The notes under the pieces are model-generated. The model was not told the DNA's origin and searched no databases. It saw nothing but the letters and a program-made list of their open reading frames with translations. Both the position numbers and the translations under genes were made by a program. From NCBI GenBank assembly GCA_964234715.1, contig OZ174280.1: DNA of 64,000 bases. One strand, written 5' to 3'. Below are positions 39,079 to 52,556 of the stretch, piece by piece (within the stretch, counting starts at the first letter, position 1; the number at the start of each line of letters is the position of its first letter). This stretch comes from Podarcis melisellensis. Taxonomy: Eukaryota.

Positions 39079-41397
39079 TCTCTGCATAAAGTTGTGCAAC
39101 AAATGTGATAAGGACTGTTTAAAAAGCATTAGTGCTTCTGCATGAAGAATTATCACAGATATTTTGAGCAGTTGACAAAGGCAAGTGGCAACATCTATAC
39201 CAAGACATATGCATACAAGATCATTGACTATCATATGTATATTTCAATGCAACAGTATCAGTGTGCTTACAGAGCCAGAAGCGAAATATGACAATATTGT
39301 TATTGCTGGGTTGTTGTTGTTGTTTATATAAAACAACAACAAGTAGGTGCTGCAGAATGACTTTTCTTTTAAGTCCCTGGGTACAGGCTCACAACTGAAT
39401 TAAAGACCGGACACATTACAGAGAAAAAGGAAGGAAAGTAAATGAAACTATAACGTGGCTGTTCTGTTTTCCTGACAGCAGCACACAGTGTTTAGTGTTT
39501 TCTCAGAGTCTGCCTTGTATCAAATTGGAAAGGGCAAGCTCCACAGGAGAAAGGTTACTTGGAGGTGGGGAGAAAGACAGGAACCCAAAAGAGCTGCAAT
39601 ACCCACAAACACTGGGAACATAGGGCTGGGAGGTTTGATTAATTGACCAACTTTCAAAGGATATAGAAGCATGACTGGGCGTTTAGGTTACTGTAGCACT
39701 TTATGTGTGATTTTTTTTCTTTGCATGGAAAAAGGTTCCCGCAGGGGCAATATGATCTATTAGGTAACAGGTCAAAGTTTGGGAGTTAGCCATGTATAAC
39801 AAAACAAATCAAATCTACAAGGTCAAATCTTTGTTTCATAAGTTATTACTTCAGACATCTAGCAATAACCAAGTGTGCCTGTCAGAGCTCAGACTTGATA
39901 TCCAGCTGCCAAATCATATGCTGGAGCTTCTGCTTTGCCCTCTGATAAATGGAGACCTTTCTGTGATACATAAAAGAAATAGCTCCAGGAACCACTGAAC
40001 TTTCCAACACATCTGCATGCAGCACTCAAGGGATCTGCTTGCCCATCCCAGATTTCTTTCTTCAACCATCCTGAATTCAAGTTCAGCAACTCCTCTCTTC
40101 CTAACATCCTCCTCCCTTCTTCTAGCCTCAGGACCATACGCCGGCTGCAGGTCACACAGCCTCCTTGTTCCTTTCATCTCTATTTAAACAAGCTCTTCAG
40201 CTCTGCCTGTTGCATGGAAACAGACACTCCGTCTTGTTCAAAAGTGACGAGCGCTCTCTTGCCAGTGCTGTTTGTTTCAGTCTAAACTCCTGTCAGATGC
40301 CTGACTTCTGGCTCTCTCTGTTTATCTCCCTCTCCTTCTGTCACCTCATTACTCCACAGCCCAGCTCACGTTTCCAGGCCTTGTTTACCAAAAGCTCAGG
40401 AGTTGGGCACTTTGTCTGACGGGAAGAGGTGGAGAGAACATGTTATACCTGCACAGCAGCTGGAATAACCACAACAAAATCCTCTACTGTGATCCTCAAA
40501 ATGTGTTCTTACAGTATGTGCACCATGAACAGATCTCTTCAGTGAAGCAACATCAGCAGGGTCCTGGGTTGCAGTTACTTTATAAAATATACCAACCTTA
40601 AGAGAACAAAAAATCCTTGAATTGACCAAGCAGAGGCCTCAAAACCAGGAATCTGATAGTTCTAATCCCTACTCTGAGCCTTATTGTTGTTTGGGCAAAT
40701 CACTTTGAAAAGGGCCGATGTGCTACTGCCTTCCATGTGGAGTACAATCAGCAAAGGCTTATGTTGTTCTAGGTGTTTGGTCGTTTTGCAGTAACCCAAT
40801 GACACTTGCATAGGAATCAGCATTCAAAATGATTACCTCCTTTGCCAAAGGATTAGAATACAGCATTGAGAAGGCACCTAGCTCATAGTGCAAGCCAGAG
40901 ACTACACAACTTGGAGGGAAGGGCTGAGAGAGTTTGTTTCAAATAGGCCTGGGGGGGGCACACAGCCAGAAGTATTCTGGAAAAGGGCTATTATATTTTT
41001 GCCCCAGACATCTCCAGAAAAACAAAAGCAGCTCAGTTAATCCCACAATGAACTCCATAAAAAGCATGTGGATGGAGCTGTAGAATTTCTATACAGACAG
41101 CACTGAATCATATAAAATCCTAGAAGCAAGCACTGTCTAGACATACTTATTAAAGTCCACCTACTAGTCTGCGTTCATCAAACATGATCAGATTCAGGAT
41201 GTCCATACTCAAACTTTGGGAGATGATTCATGAATGCAGGTGAATTAGAGAATGCTATCACCCAGAGCAAACTAAATGCATCTAGCATGTCAAAAGCAAC
41301 TGTTCTGAAATATGTAGTGCTGAACACCACATATACAAACACACTGTATTATATAAGTAGTTTCAACAAATACCCATAACACAGGATAAAGCAGGAG

Positions 41398-41421
41398 GTG
41401 TGTGTGTGTGTGTGTGTGTGT
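41398..41421 (+). repeat. (TG)n microsatellite
   Basis: Directly visible. Confidence 0.95.
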
Positions 41422-42939
41422 TGAGCTTTATATATACAAATGGCTTTTGACACAGAAAATACATGTCTAAAATCGCCCTAACAAAGACTAGCTATTATTC
41501 TGAAGCAGCAAGTTTTGATCTGTCTTTCCATATTTGATGGCATTAGCCATTTGCCCTCTAGAAGTAGTTCTTCATGACCAGTTTTATTACATTCTAGGCC
41601 TTAACTCTTCTTGTGGCAGGAATTTTACCAACTGGTGGCGTAATATGTTCACCAATATCTCTCCCCCCCCCCCCCCACAGCCTTTTATTTACAGTCCACT
41701 TATTGTTTTTCTAGTCCTCCTCCTGATAATTAGTCCTGGGTTTTTTTCTGTTTCGTTTTTAAAGAGGAAGTGAGAGATGGCGCATTTGGGATCTGAAGCA
41801 CAAGGAAGAGACAGAAGTTGTCAGACAGGAACAGACCAATGGCTCAGAAGCCTCTTTAAACAGGGGCAGATATAGGATGCTACTGGAGAAGGTGTAAATC
41901 CTTCATGAAGCACCTAATTGTGCAAAACTCTATATATGGGGACATTTATTACTGACCCCAGCTGCTGCTCAGCTTGTTCCCTGAAGCATGAAGATTGATG
42001 GCACCAATGGTTCTCATCTGAGCTACTGTCACTGCAGATGCCATCTGCGTTCAGAAGTCTCCTTTGCCTTTAAATACCGTCTCACACTGGTGAATTCTAC
42101 AGGTTAATTATATGCAGCGCTGAGGGGGCAGGGGCATGGAAGAAAGGCAAACGTTACTTGGGATAATGATTCTTCCCTACCCCCACCCCAAAAAAATAAC
42201 CTTCTTTCAGTTACTTCACACCTAAGCTCTTTCATTCCTGGTGAAGAAAAGAGCACAAGAAATACAGTTGCTCCCCTTTACTACTATATTCATTGGTACA
42301 TCCCACTATAAAGTGACTTGCCTCCAGTAGAAGGTGCCCAGGAAGGAGCTGGGGCAATGAAGTTCATTTAAATTGCAGCAGGTGGGGATTTGTCACTTTT
42401 GGTCAGACCCTTGGGGTACTTGAAAAAGCTTAAATGCTGTGTACGTGTGTAAATTATAAAAATATAAGCAAATATATATTGCCCTAAGGCAGGTATATGG
42501 GAGCACTCGGAAAACTGACCAAAATGACACATCTCCACAAGGTATTGCAATTTAAAAACAACCTCCTTCTCCTTTACTTCCTAGGCATGTTCTACTGGAA
42601 GCAAGGCAGCCTCTCTACATAGTGAGATATGGCTATGGACCTCTAAGTCTGTTGCAGCAGATTCAGTACATTGTTTGGCAAGGTAGACAAAATGTCCTTG
42701 CAGTTAGAACAAGAGACTCAAGTTAGTACTTTTATGTTCCATTTCTGAGACCTAGAATGGAAGAGAACAGGTTCCCAAATGTCTAGCTGCCCTTGAGTGC
42801 TTTTTGAGGGAAATCCTATGGAACCACGCACATAAAAAACAGTAGCTGATCATTCATATTGCCTTATCAGAAAGAACCATAGGTTTGGGGGATACTTGAT
42901 TCCTGCAAGATCCTCCTCAGGTTTATCTCAGAAAGGTCC

Positions 42940-43016
42940 ACACAGAATCAGAGAACTGTATTGTTGGAAGGGACCCAAAGGATCTTCTAGTCCAACCCTC
43001 CAGCAATGCAGGAATC
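42940..43016 (-). mobile_element. CR1-type 3' tail fragment
   Basis: cacagaatcagagaa ... gttggaagggaccc ... tctagtccaaccc; homologous to the 39009 and 53046 copies. Confidence 0.7.
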
Positions 43017-43041
43017 TCAACATGGCTGATCAATTGTAGTA

Positions 43042-43283
43042 CAGTGGTACCTCAGGTTACAAACGCTTCAGGTTACAAACACTTCAGGTTACAGACTCTA
43101 CTAATCCGGAAGTAGTACCTTGGGTTAAGAACTTTACCTCAGGATGAGAACAGAACTTGCGAGCCAGCAGCGCGGTGGCAGCGGAAGGTCCCATTATCTA
43201 AAGTGGTACCTCAGGTTAAGAATAGTTTCAGGTTAAGAACGGACCTCCGGAACAAATTAAGTGCATAACCAGAGGTACCACTG
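43042..43283. mobile_element. Tigger-like MITE family A, copy 4
   Basis: TA|cagtggtacctc ... gaggtaccactg|TA; subterminal cttcaggttaca repeats. Confidence 0.92.
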
Positions 43284-45819
43284 TACAGCATTTTCCACAG
43301 CCATCTCTTCAAGAGAGTTCTGCCACAGAGCAAGACAGGATATCATATCTGTCTGACTTTGGACAAGCAAATGAAGTAACAATGAAGGTATAGTATTAGT
43401 TGTCACTCTGTGGCACATGGCAAGTCCCAAACCAGTGGCATAAATAGTACATCAAGCCAAACCACACGGTATTATAACCACCACATTGTTGATGTCAGAT
43501 GATTGTCAGGTGGGTTGTCCTGCTCGCCTATCAAGTCCCTTGCACAGAACATCCTAAGTGACTGTCAGCCAGCTGGTTATTAGGCACTTGGGAACTGCAG
43601 CACAAGGGGCTGTGTCAGTCCTATGCTCAGTACTGAACATAGGGCTTGCAAAGTGTTTTGTGCACCACTGCTCAAATGCCTGATAGTCAGCTGTCTATTG
43701 GGAGCTTGTGAAGTGCCGCACATAGTGCTTTGCAAGCCCTGTGCGATCAAGCTCCCCATGGGGAACTCAGTCGTGCAACCTATCTAGCCACATCTCTCCT
43801 TGCATCACAACTGATGTCACATATGGCATCATATGTAGGGCAGGGGGCATTATTTCAGGAAAACAGGCCCAAAAGGCTTATTTGGTCCAGAGTCCATGTG
43901 TCATTCTCTTTTCCAGTAGTAAAACCACTGCAATACAAAAAGTTGTGTGTGGTTTTTTTTTTTTTAAAAAAAAAAGCAGTCTTACACGTTGGGGGCAGAG
44001 GGGATGAATTACTTGAGAATTTGGCTGTAAATGTCCCGCACACACATTGTACATCCTGACAAAGCAATAGCTTTACATCAGGAGCAATCGCTTTTACACG
44101 TTCCCACAGTGGCTTAGGCCAAACAGCACCAGGTTCATGCTACTCAGTGAGTACTGCATAATAATTTACCTGGGCAATGAGTGAGCACACATCTGTTTAC
44201 TAGAGCCCACAATACTGTTAAACTAATTGCAGTGCCAAGCCCCAAGGCACCACGAAGACAGCCTTGCTAGAGCCACACACACCCCTCTGAAGGAGGGGGA
44301 GAACTGTGTCTCTTTCATTCAGCAGGGGTGACTCTGAGAAGCATGACATGCATGATTACCCTTCAGATCAGGGGAACAGTGGCTTAACTGCATGAGAAAC
44401 GGCTGTTATTCAGGTAATGGATTTACAGTGCTCACTACTAAAGTATCAGACACAGCAATTTTTTACAGCTTTCACGCTGGAATTTACAACTTAGACGAGA
44501 GGCGATCTCTGTATGAGTCTGGGCTCATTGCCTTATTTAGTATCTGATTTTACTAAAGTTTCCTCTTAAGTTTGTTTTGAAAGGTAAATTTTAAGCACTT
44601 AAATCCATACACAAACACATGCAAATCCTACATAAAAATTATATGCACATATATGCCTAAGAAATGGACACACAAAAACCCTGTAGTGCATGTGTTCCTA
44701 TTTTCCTTTACACACAGCACATTTAGAAATACCACCAAAACAGAGCTGAACTGTGTGAGCATGGGCAAACACACAGTACGCCAAAGGGGAACTCTGGCAT
44801 GTACTCTTTGTTACCTCCAAATACCTGGCCAAGCAGGCTAGCTAGTGCTTCTAATTTGGGACTACTTAATCCCTGATTTGAAGGAAAGACAGCAAATATG
44901 TGGAGTACCTTCACAATGTGGCACCCATGTGTGTATTTGAGTCAGCTCCAAAGGGTAACACTGCTGTGAGCATACAAGATCACCTTTAGGACTTTGTGTG
45001 AGCAGAAAGAATCCACAGTGACATGGTAACAATTGTTACGGCTGGTCAGTTTTCAAGGCAGGTGACAGTGCAGTGTTTGTAAGATGTGATTCATTGGGCT
45101 GCCCCTGAAGCCTGCTAGTACTACACAATGCCAGCACTACACTGGCTTACTTGCAAAGCTGGAGATAGGAAAAAAACACATGAACAGTATCAGTAAAGTA
45201 TGTACACAACTGAAGGAGGATGGTTCTTACTCAGAGGAGCACCTTCCAATAGGGTTGGCCACAAGATTAAGTATGCTTGCAGTTACAAGTGGACATACAA
45301 ACAGCCATGAGCCAATCTGTTCACATGACTCTAAGAATATCCTGCCACTGAATGGGGAGTGTGGGGTACAGAGAAAAAGAAGCAGAGTGTGAACACACAA
45401 GGATCCGTCATAAACTAAGTCAAACATTTTGGTAAAAGTAAGCTGGAATGCTAATTTAAGGTAGGCACATACCTAGGCATAAATGCTAATCCTAAAGAAG
45501 TCACATCTGTGAAAAAGTCACTTCCATGAAAAAATATTCATTCCGATCAGAATTTTATGGAAGGCAAGATTACTAAATGTGGCTGAGAACTGACAGCAGC
45601 AGACTATCCACAACCTCTCCCACCAATTAACCTACCCTATTCATGGCTTATTATCTTTCCATTGCCCCTTTTCTGCATTCTACTGTACCACATAGTAGTA
45701 TAAAGATCAAGGAAAAGGTTTGGGATCCGTTTTAGATCAACCTGTTCCTAACAGGTTGAGAGAAGCACTCAAAAGGTAGGTACACAAGAGAGTGTCTGGA
45801 AGAATCAAATCCTCAGTAC

Positions 45820-46002
45820 CTGCTGCTGCTGAAAATGCAAGAGTTCCACTGGGCTCATTTCTCCATTGGTTTCTCCACTGGCTCCTCCTTCTCTTCCACA
45901 TCCACCACCGCCTCCTCCATCAGTTGGATTGTTTAGGCTGCTGACCCCATTCTGACTGGAGGGAGTAGAACGTATTGTCTCCGAGGCAGATTCAACCATC
46001 AT
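45820..46002 (-). CDS. FOXP4: Forkhead box protein P4, first coding exon (61 aa: [61 protein letters not shown]). Whole exon 46018-45820 includes 16 nt of 5'UTR
   Basis: Translation matches the FOXP4 N-terminus as I recall it ([12 protein letters not shown]...[15 protein letters not shown]). Acceptor ttgcttatgcag|GTGCTG at 46019-46020; donor CAG|gtactg at 45819-45818; phase 0. Confidence 0.97.
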
Positions 46003-47063
46003 GACTTGCTAGCAGCACCTGCATAAGCAAAGCAGTACTATTACAAGAGCATAAATTTCAGCTGAAGCTACTATCTATGCTATACTGGAAGGCATCACTC
46101 TGCACAACATTGTTCACACTGCAACAGCGTTCAAAACTCCCATTGTTCTAGCCGCATTTTACAACAAGGAATTTCATTGGTGCAAGGAGTTTCTGAGCTC
46201 TGGACACAGTACTGCACCTATGATTCAGATTAAAACTGCAGAGCAGAGTGGAAGGAAAGGAGAACCTTTTTCTGCCTCCCCACTTCCAGGTACTGGAGAA
46301 GAGACGCTCTTAAGAATATTAGAGGAGTGGACAGGGAAAGGACTAGACAATGTGAAAAATAAACATAATATGATAGCTGCAGTTCATTCATTTTCAGCTT
46401 TGAATTCTTGTTACAGAAAAAGCACGCCTGGGCATTCAGTTGTTTCGCCCATAACCTTGGTTTAAGGTGCCCTTTAGCGCCTAGCTTTTATATCAGTTTC
46501 AAACACTGCATTGCAAAGACCTAAGCACGACAGACTCCTCCCCATCCCAGATGTATAAATGCCCCAAGACATCCAGAAAGCAGGAACCAATGGCACATTG
46601 CCAGAGAACAGCTGTGCCCACAAAGTTGTTTAGTACAGCTACGTCTTCAGTACACACACTAACATGTCCTCTTTTTTACCAAGTGAAACCCTCATAGAAA
46701 TTAAAATAGCTTAGCTGCTAGGAGTCGTTTCATAACACACTTGCTCTGGGCCTGCTCCAATGCACAGAATTTGGAGAAGCTCCTTACTTAGTAGAAACCA
46801 CTAGAAGAGGAAAAGAATCCCTCATACAGAGTTTAGAAGTCGAAAGCATCACAGGAGGCCTAGGAGAATGTATGTCTGTCACCTACCTGAAACATTGTGG
46901 GAAACAGGCACTTCCATGACTGCTTCCAATGACATGCCTCAATCTGGGGTGGGATGGGGGGCTGAAGCCCAATTCAACAGGTTCACTCCCACAACATGAG
47001 ATCTAGTAAATTTTATGAACCACTGACTGTATTTTTGTTGTTGTGATCATATTATGGATTATG

Positions 47064-47262
47064 ATGCCTCCCATCAGATGTCAAAGAGAAAAATAACTAC
47101 CAAACTTTAGAAGACATCTGAAGGCAGCCCTATTTAGGGAAGCTTTTAATGTTTAATAGGTTATTGTATTTTAGTGTTTTGTTGGAAGCCGCCCAGAGTG
47201 GGTGGGGAAACCCAGCCAGATGGGCAGGGTATAATTAATTAATTATTATTATTATTATTATT
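47064..47262 (+). mobile_element. L2-like LINE 3' end with (ATT)n tail
   Basis: ctcccatcagatgtcaaag ... tttagaagacatctgaaggcagccctatttagggaagctttt (FRRHLKAALFREAF), aagccgcccagag, (tta)n tail. Confidence 0.75.
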
Positions 47263-47669
47263 GCATGGCCTAGTGACTAAAGTCCGCTAGAGTAAACCTC
47301 TGGAGATAAAATGTGTTTTCTGCATTCTAAATGGGCTAATCAGCATAATGATTTCAAAAGAAAATGATGGCGCAACAAAGGACTTCCCACATGAGTTGAT
47401 GGAGTTGGCAATTTAATATTCCAAGTCTCCTACCTAGCCATGCAGTCAGCTCAAACACATCTGGATAAACTAAGATTTCATAAGAAAAGCAGGAGGTACT
47501 TCAGGAAATGTTTGCCTTTGAAAAGACCCTTGCCCTCCATCTTCCACAAAATGCTGTTAAAAACCAAAGCATTTCTTCACCTTAACATGTAAACTACAAT
47601 GAATATGAAAGTTTTCGATTTCTATAGTTTGTCTTAGTGGTGATTACATCAACATAAAACCTGTTAAAC

Positions 47670-47805
47670 CAGGGATGGGGAACCTCTGATCCTCCAGATG
47701 TGTTTGGACTACCACGCCCACCACAGCTAACCACTGACCATGATGCAGTGGGCTGACTGGAGATGGAGTCTAACAACACATGGAGGGTCACAGAATAAGG
47801 CAATC
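47670..47805. mobile_element. Small hAT-like fold-back MITE
   Basis: cagggatggggaacct start; internal inverted arms cctccagatgtgtttggact / agtctaacaacacatggagg; related copy near 38840. Confidence 0.65.
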
Positions 47806-49075
47806 AGTGCATATTTTAACGGCTACTCAATACATAAGTGAATGGTAGGTTGCCAATCCCTGCAAGTTTGGGCTGAAGATACCAGGGCAGGATATGCTAA
47901 TATTTCCATTTTCTTGTTAATAAATAGAAGACAGCTTTCCTTTTTCAGAGAGTAGCACTTTACTCCAATCTTAACTTCAACATAACATAACTATTGTACA
48001 CTTTAGTGAGAAGCATATTCCTGCTGTTTGCTCTTTTTTGTTCCAAGGCTCAAAAAGAGTAGTGGCTATGCTGTGTGTTTTCATTTCAACGTATAAAGAT
48101 ACCCCACTTTTCCTTTCAGAAGGAGGCCCAAACCAACAAACAGCATACAAAAACAAGTATCAGAAGACAACCAAGCAATATGAAAACAAGCTAAAATAAG
48201 CCTGCAGAGCTTTGATTCAATGCCTAAAAGAAAGCCAATTAATAAAACCAAATAAAAGAAACCCAAAATAAACAAAACAATGGGTTAATAAAACACCTAC
48301 ATTAGTCAAAACTGAAGCAGCCAATATACTAGGAATTGGGACATACCATTAAAAGGGGAGGGCAAATCCACCCTAGAGACAGGAGAAATCAAGAGAACCA
48401 CCACACACAATAGCAGCAAAGAATACCAAGAGCCACAACACCCCCAAAACCTCTCATGTAAAACCTCTCTCACTGCAGGTTACTATTCCCTTGCATTATA
48501 TGAGTATGGGTGACACGGTTTTTAAGCATCCAGAGGAAAACAAACAGCAACGTGAAATTGAATTACTGCTGCTCAAGTGCAAAGTGTACAGTAGCAAGAG
48601 CACATACTGCAGTAAACCAGCAGGCATCAGGAAGGCATCCGTAGCAAACTAAAGCCAGGTCTATTTTGAAAATCCAGCCCTAACTTCAAAGAAGCCGCCA
48701 GACAGGCAAAGCAAGGAACTAGTAGAGAGCAGCTCTGCTTTTAAACCCACCTTAGGCGACTTTCCACATTTTTACCATAGATGGGAGTGGGTATGCAAGG
48801 CTGGACATATTACCATCCTGAAAAATCGTGTGCCCATATGTCTAAATTTGAAATTAGCACCACCGGAATGATAGTGGGAGAAGCAATACAGCAGACCCAG
48901 CTGTTTGTTCCACTTTGTTTTTGAAACCTTTAAAGCTTGTCAGTTAAAGTTTCTTTCCTCTTTAAAATGAAAATACAAAGAAGCTGGCTCTGCTTCTTCA
49001 ACTTGTCTTCAACTGCTAGGTCAGGACTCATCACAGGTCATGTCCTGATCTACGGTGGTTTGCAGCAGCCACAGT

Positions 49076-49474
49076 TGTTGTTGTTGTTGTTGTTTAGTCG
49101 TTTAGTCGTGTCCGACTCTTCGTGACCCCATGGACCAGAGAACGCCAGGCACCTCTGTCCTCCACTGCCTCCCGCAGTTTGGTCAAACTCATGCTGGTAA
49201 CCTCGAAAACACTATCCAACCATCTCGTCCTCTGCCGTCCCCTTCTCCTTGTGCCCTCCATCTTTCCCAACATCAGGGTCTTCTCCAGGGAGTCTTCTCT
49301 TCTCATGAGGTGGCCAAAGTACTGGAGCCTCAGCTTCACAATCTGTCCTTCCAGTGAGCACTCAGGGTTGATTTCCTTCAGTATGGAGAGGTTTGATCTT
49401 CTTGCAGTCCATGGGACTCTCAAGAGTCTCCTCCAGCACCATAATTCAAAAGCATCAATTCTTCGGCGATCAGC
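49076..49474 (-). mobile_element. 5'-truncated RTE/BovB-like LINE, 3' end with (CAA)n tail
   Basis: Frame ADRRRIDAFELWCWRRLLRVPWTARRSN...LRLQYFGHLMRR...HGVTKSRTRLND is the characteristic BovB/RTE ORF C-terminus. (TTG)n tail on plus strand; cagccacagt repeated at 49066 and 49471. Confidence 0.95.
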
Positions 49475-49479
49475 CACAG

Positions 49480-49598
49480 TACCACCATACAAATACATGG
49501 TGTGTGTTTTTAAAAAAGGAAGAAATGTTTGGGCTAAAATACCACCATACAAATACATGGTGTGTTTTTTTAAAAAGGAAGAAATGTTTGGGCTAAAA
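49480..49598 (+). repeat. Tandem duplication of a ~60-bp unit
   Basis: taccaccatacaaatacatggtgtgt...gaaatgtttgggctaaaa at 49480-49539 and 49540-49598. Confidence 0.95.
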
Positions 49599-50421
49599 GG
49601 TGGGTCCTCAGTCAGAAAAGACTACTGATTTGGAGGGGTTTTTGTTCCAGCCTCAAAAACTGCCTAAGAAAATCTAAACAAGTAAGAAGGTAGTGGTCCT
49701 AAAGGACTCTTTGGAAAAGAGGTAGTTTCTATCCCAAGCACATGCATATATCAGGAACTGTCCATTAAAGAAAATGCCGCTGTGAGTGGGATAAAAATTA
49801 TGGGGAATCACATACTCACAATCACACACACAAAAGTAAACAATACTTACTGAGGTTCAAACTTGGGGAATGGAGTATAGGGGAAGTTAATCCTCCCCCA
49901 CCCATACTCACTACAGTATTAGGGAGAGTTCAGAGGCAATATTGATTTCTTCCCATTCATGACCCTATAACCTGTTAGGTATTTTGCCACTTGTACAGCT
50001 TAAATAATCCTGTAGTGGTAATATGGATCAGAGGACTTTCCTCTTCCATCCCAAAGGAAACCTTTAAATAGTGATGGCAGTAGACCTTGTAACAACTTTA
50101 AGGAGCCCATAGGGAAAACTGGGGTCTGTATTCTACCCTTATACTGCCAGGGTTCCATAGCAATATGCATTCAAATGATCTTCTCCTTTTCCTTTTAAGC
50201 ACATTCTTTTTCTGAGTACCTGGGTTGCTCTGCTGGTATACTGGTTGGCATGGGACCACTCACTTCTCTAAATAGAACTAAGTATGGTAAGTTCTGGACT
50301 TTAATATTTTGGAAGTCTCTATGAGATGAGTTTGTAAAAAGCGAAAAACTCAGAACTACAAGGAGGAAGACAAAGATTATGTCATCCTACAGAGCTGGGC
50401 AAGAATTACCGGTAGCTGTCA

Positions 50422-50422
<1 letters not shown>

Positions 50423-50492
<70 letters not shown>
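50423..50492 (+). repeat. Compound (CA)n(GA)n microsatellite
   Basis: Directly visible. Confidence 0.97.
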
Positions 50493-50496
<4 letters not shown>

Positions 50497-51359
50497 TTGA
50501 CAAAAGGAAGAAAAAGAGGAGTTGAAAAAAGTCTGTTTTTTTATTCTTCATACATTCAAAATCATCACTTCTGACTGCATTTATTTAGAGTAACTGTTTC
50601 CCCTAGCTGTACGCACAATAAGTAACATGTCCAGTGAGAGATGCTCTAGATTACTTACTTAGTAAATTGCCTAGTACAATGACAGCAGGAATTATTTGCA
50701 GTGAAGTTTGGCATTGGATAGGCCCAGCAGCTGGTATCTGCTTGACTTTAATAAAATGCTAGATTTTTTGCAGGGCAGGAGGGGATCCTCAAAGAAAATT
50801 CTTTTTGGAAGACAAGAAAAGGTTCCTTTTTCTAAATTTCTCATTTGAGATAGTTCAGAACGCACTATTGTCATGTTTTCAAGCTTTTCTCTGCAACCAG
50901 AAAAGCTAGGAGTTTGTTTTAAACATAAAGTGAAAGCAGATTCTAATATTGATTCATGTTACTTTAGCAGTATACTACAAATAGTTATATCAGCGTAAAG
51001 GAGGAAATACCAGTTATTTTAAACTGGTAACACCAATTCTGTTAAGATCAATGGGCAGAGTTTTGCTATCCCAATTCTATATGGCAGTGCCATTTCACCT
51101 TAATAAATCTATCTACAATTGACGTAAGACTAAAACAAAATGGCTAAAACGCAGCAGACACACTAGGGTGTCTTGTTTTAATTTTGTCTCTTGATAAAGA
51201 AAACAAGCTGCCAAGCCAGCAAAGAAGTGAAGAAGAAAAAACAACATTAACTGGGACTGATCATAGAAGCGGTCAGCAAGTTTGAAAGCGGAAGAGGGGC
51301 AGCAAAAAAGGGATATTTCTTTTTTCTACCTTTTCTTTCCTATGCATGGTTCCCCCCTC

Positions 51360-51570
51360 CCTTTTTTTTGGCACGATAGACCGACAAACTGGGAACAACA
51401 TAATTGCTGAAATGTGGCGTGTAATAATAGCTATTCAGAAGCTGATCATTCATATTAAACAGGGTGAAGCAAGCTTCTCATTTGCATGTTTGAGATTATA
51501 TGCATTTCAAAAGTCATTTCCGCAGGGTGTATGAATGACATTAATTCCCATGTGGAGTTGTCGACTCTCT
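51360..51570. promoter_or_regulatory. Candidate enhancer upstream of the ATG exon
   Basis: Octamer ATTTGCAT 51480-51487, TAATT cores, retained CpGs, not recognisably repeat-derived. Confidence 0.4.
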
Positions 51571-52556
51571 CCTGTAGTCCCTCACACTATCAAACACACA
51601 CACACACACACACTGACATACTTGTAGCTGCAGGAGAATTCAAGGGCACAGAGATTACTGCATTTTTGGTTTTGTTGAAAATATACATGTTTCAGGCTAG
51701 TGATACTAGGACACAGGATAGTAGGGCACTGGAGAAACAGCATTCTGAGACAAAGGCTGTTGAACTTGGACTGTGGGAGTTGCAAAGTTAGCAGGAAAGA
51801 TGATGAACATTTTGCAAGCAAAACAGAGATACAATTCAGCTTTTAGTCACATGCTAACTATACAAAGCTGTTGACAGTGCTTTCCAACATGCATCTTCCT
51901 ACTTCACAGGGACACAAACTCTATTTTCAGCAAATAAGTTGTTCAAAATGTGAAAAAGAACTTGGTTTTCAAAATCTCAACCACACTTTAAAAAAAAAGT
52001 AATCCTAGCTGTACACATTATCAGTATTACCTACATTGTGAGTGCTGCTCATACCTTCATAGTCCAATAAGATTCCTTTCCCCTTCCCTTTTTATATTCC
52101 TGCTATATTTTCTTTCAATTTATCAACTCCCTCCATCAAATCAGTGCCTCTGAAGCTTTTTTATTCTGTAGAAAAATTATACCCTGCTTTTTCACTCCAC
52201 AAAAGGAGTTGCTTGAAATGGCTTATAAAAATAAAAGTAAGAATAAATTCCTAATTAAACCATAAAAACACAAAGTTATGAAGCTAAAAACAGCATCTAA
52301 AGCAAACATAAAGAGCAGCGCAACCATAAAAGCAGCTACAGAATCTTGTTTCAAAAAGAACATTTCAATCACTCGTGGGCAAAAAGTATGATTGTATATT
52401 GTTTTGTTTCAATTTATAAATACGGTATGAGCACATGTGAAGGCCGTTAATACGAACACCAGAAGCTGCTGTATAGCAAATCATCATGCAAACCTCCCTG
52501 CCGCCTCACACCCTCCTCCTCCTGGTAAGCGAGACCCATCTGCTAGAATGGTTGCA

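Larger units (their letters stand above)
21508..45819 (-). other. FOXP4: FOXP4 intron between first and second coding exons (~24.3 kb, GT-AG, phase 0)
   Basis: Bounded by the splice sites above; frames join as ...HFQQQQ|ALQVARQ... Confidence 0.9.

Noticed and set aside
42115-42340. CTCF-like motifs
   Set aside because: Several mismatches to the core; not supportable without data.
43042-43110. CRISPR-like short repeats (cttcaggttaca)
   Set aside because: Subterminal repeats of the MITE in eukaryotic DNA; no spacers or cas genes.
45805-45819. VLRI-stop as the true C-terminus
   Set aside because: Lies past the GT donor; it is intronic read-through.
49094-49628. 154-aa and 168-aa ORFs as host genes
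   Set aside because: Sense and antisense frames of the BovB-like fragment plus the tandem duplication.
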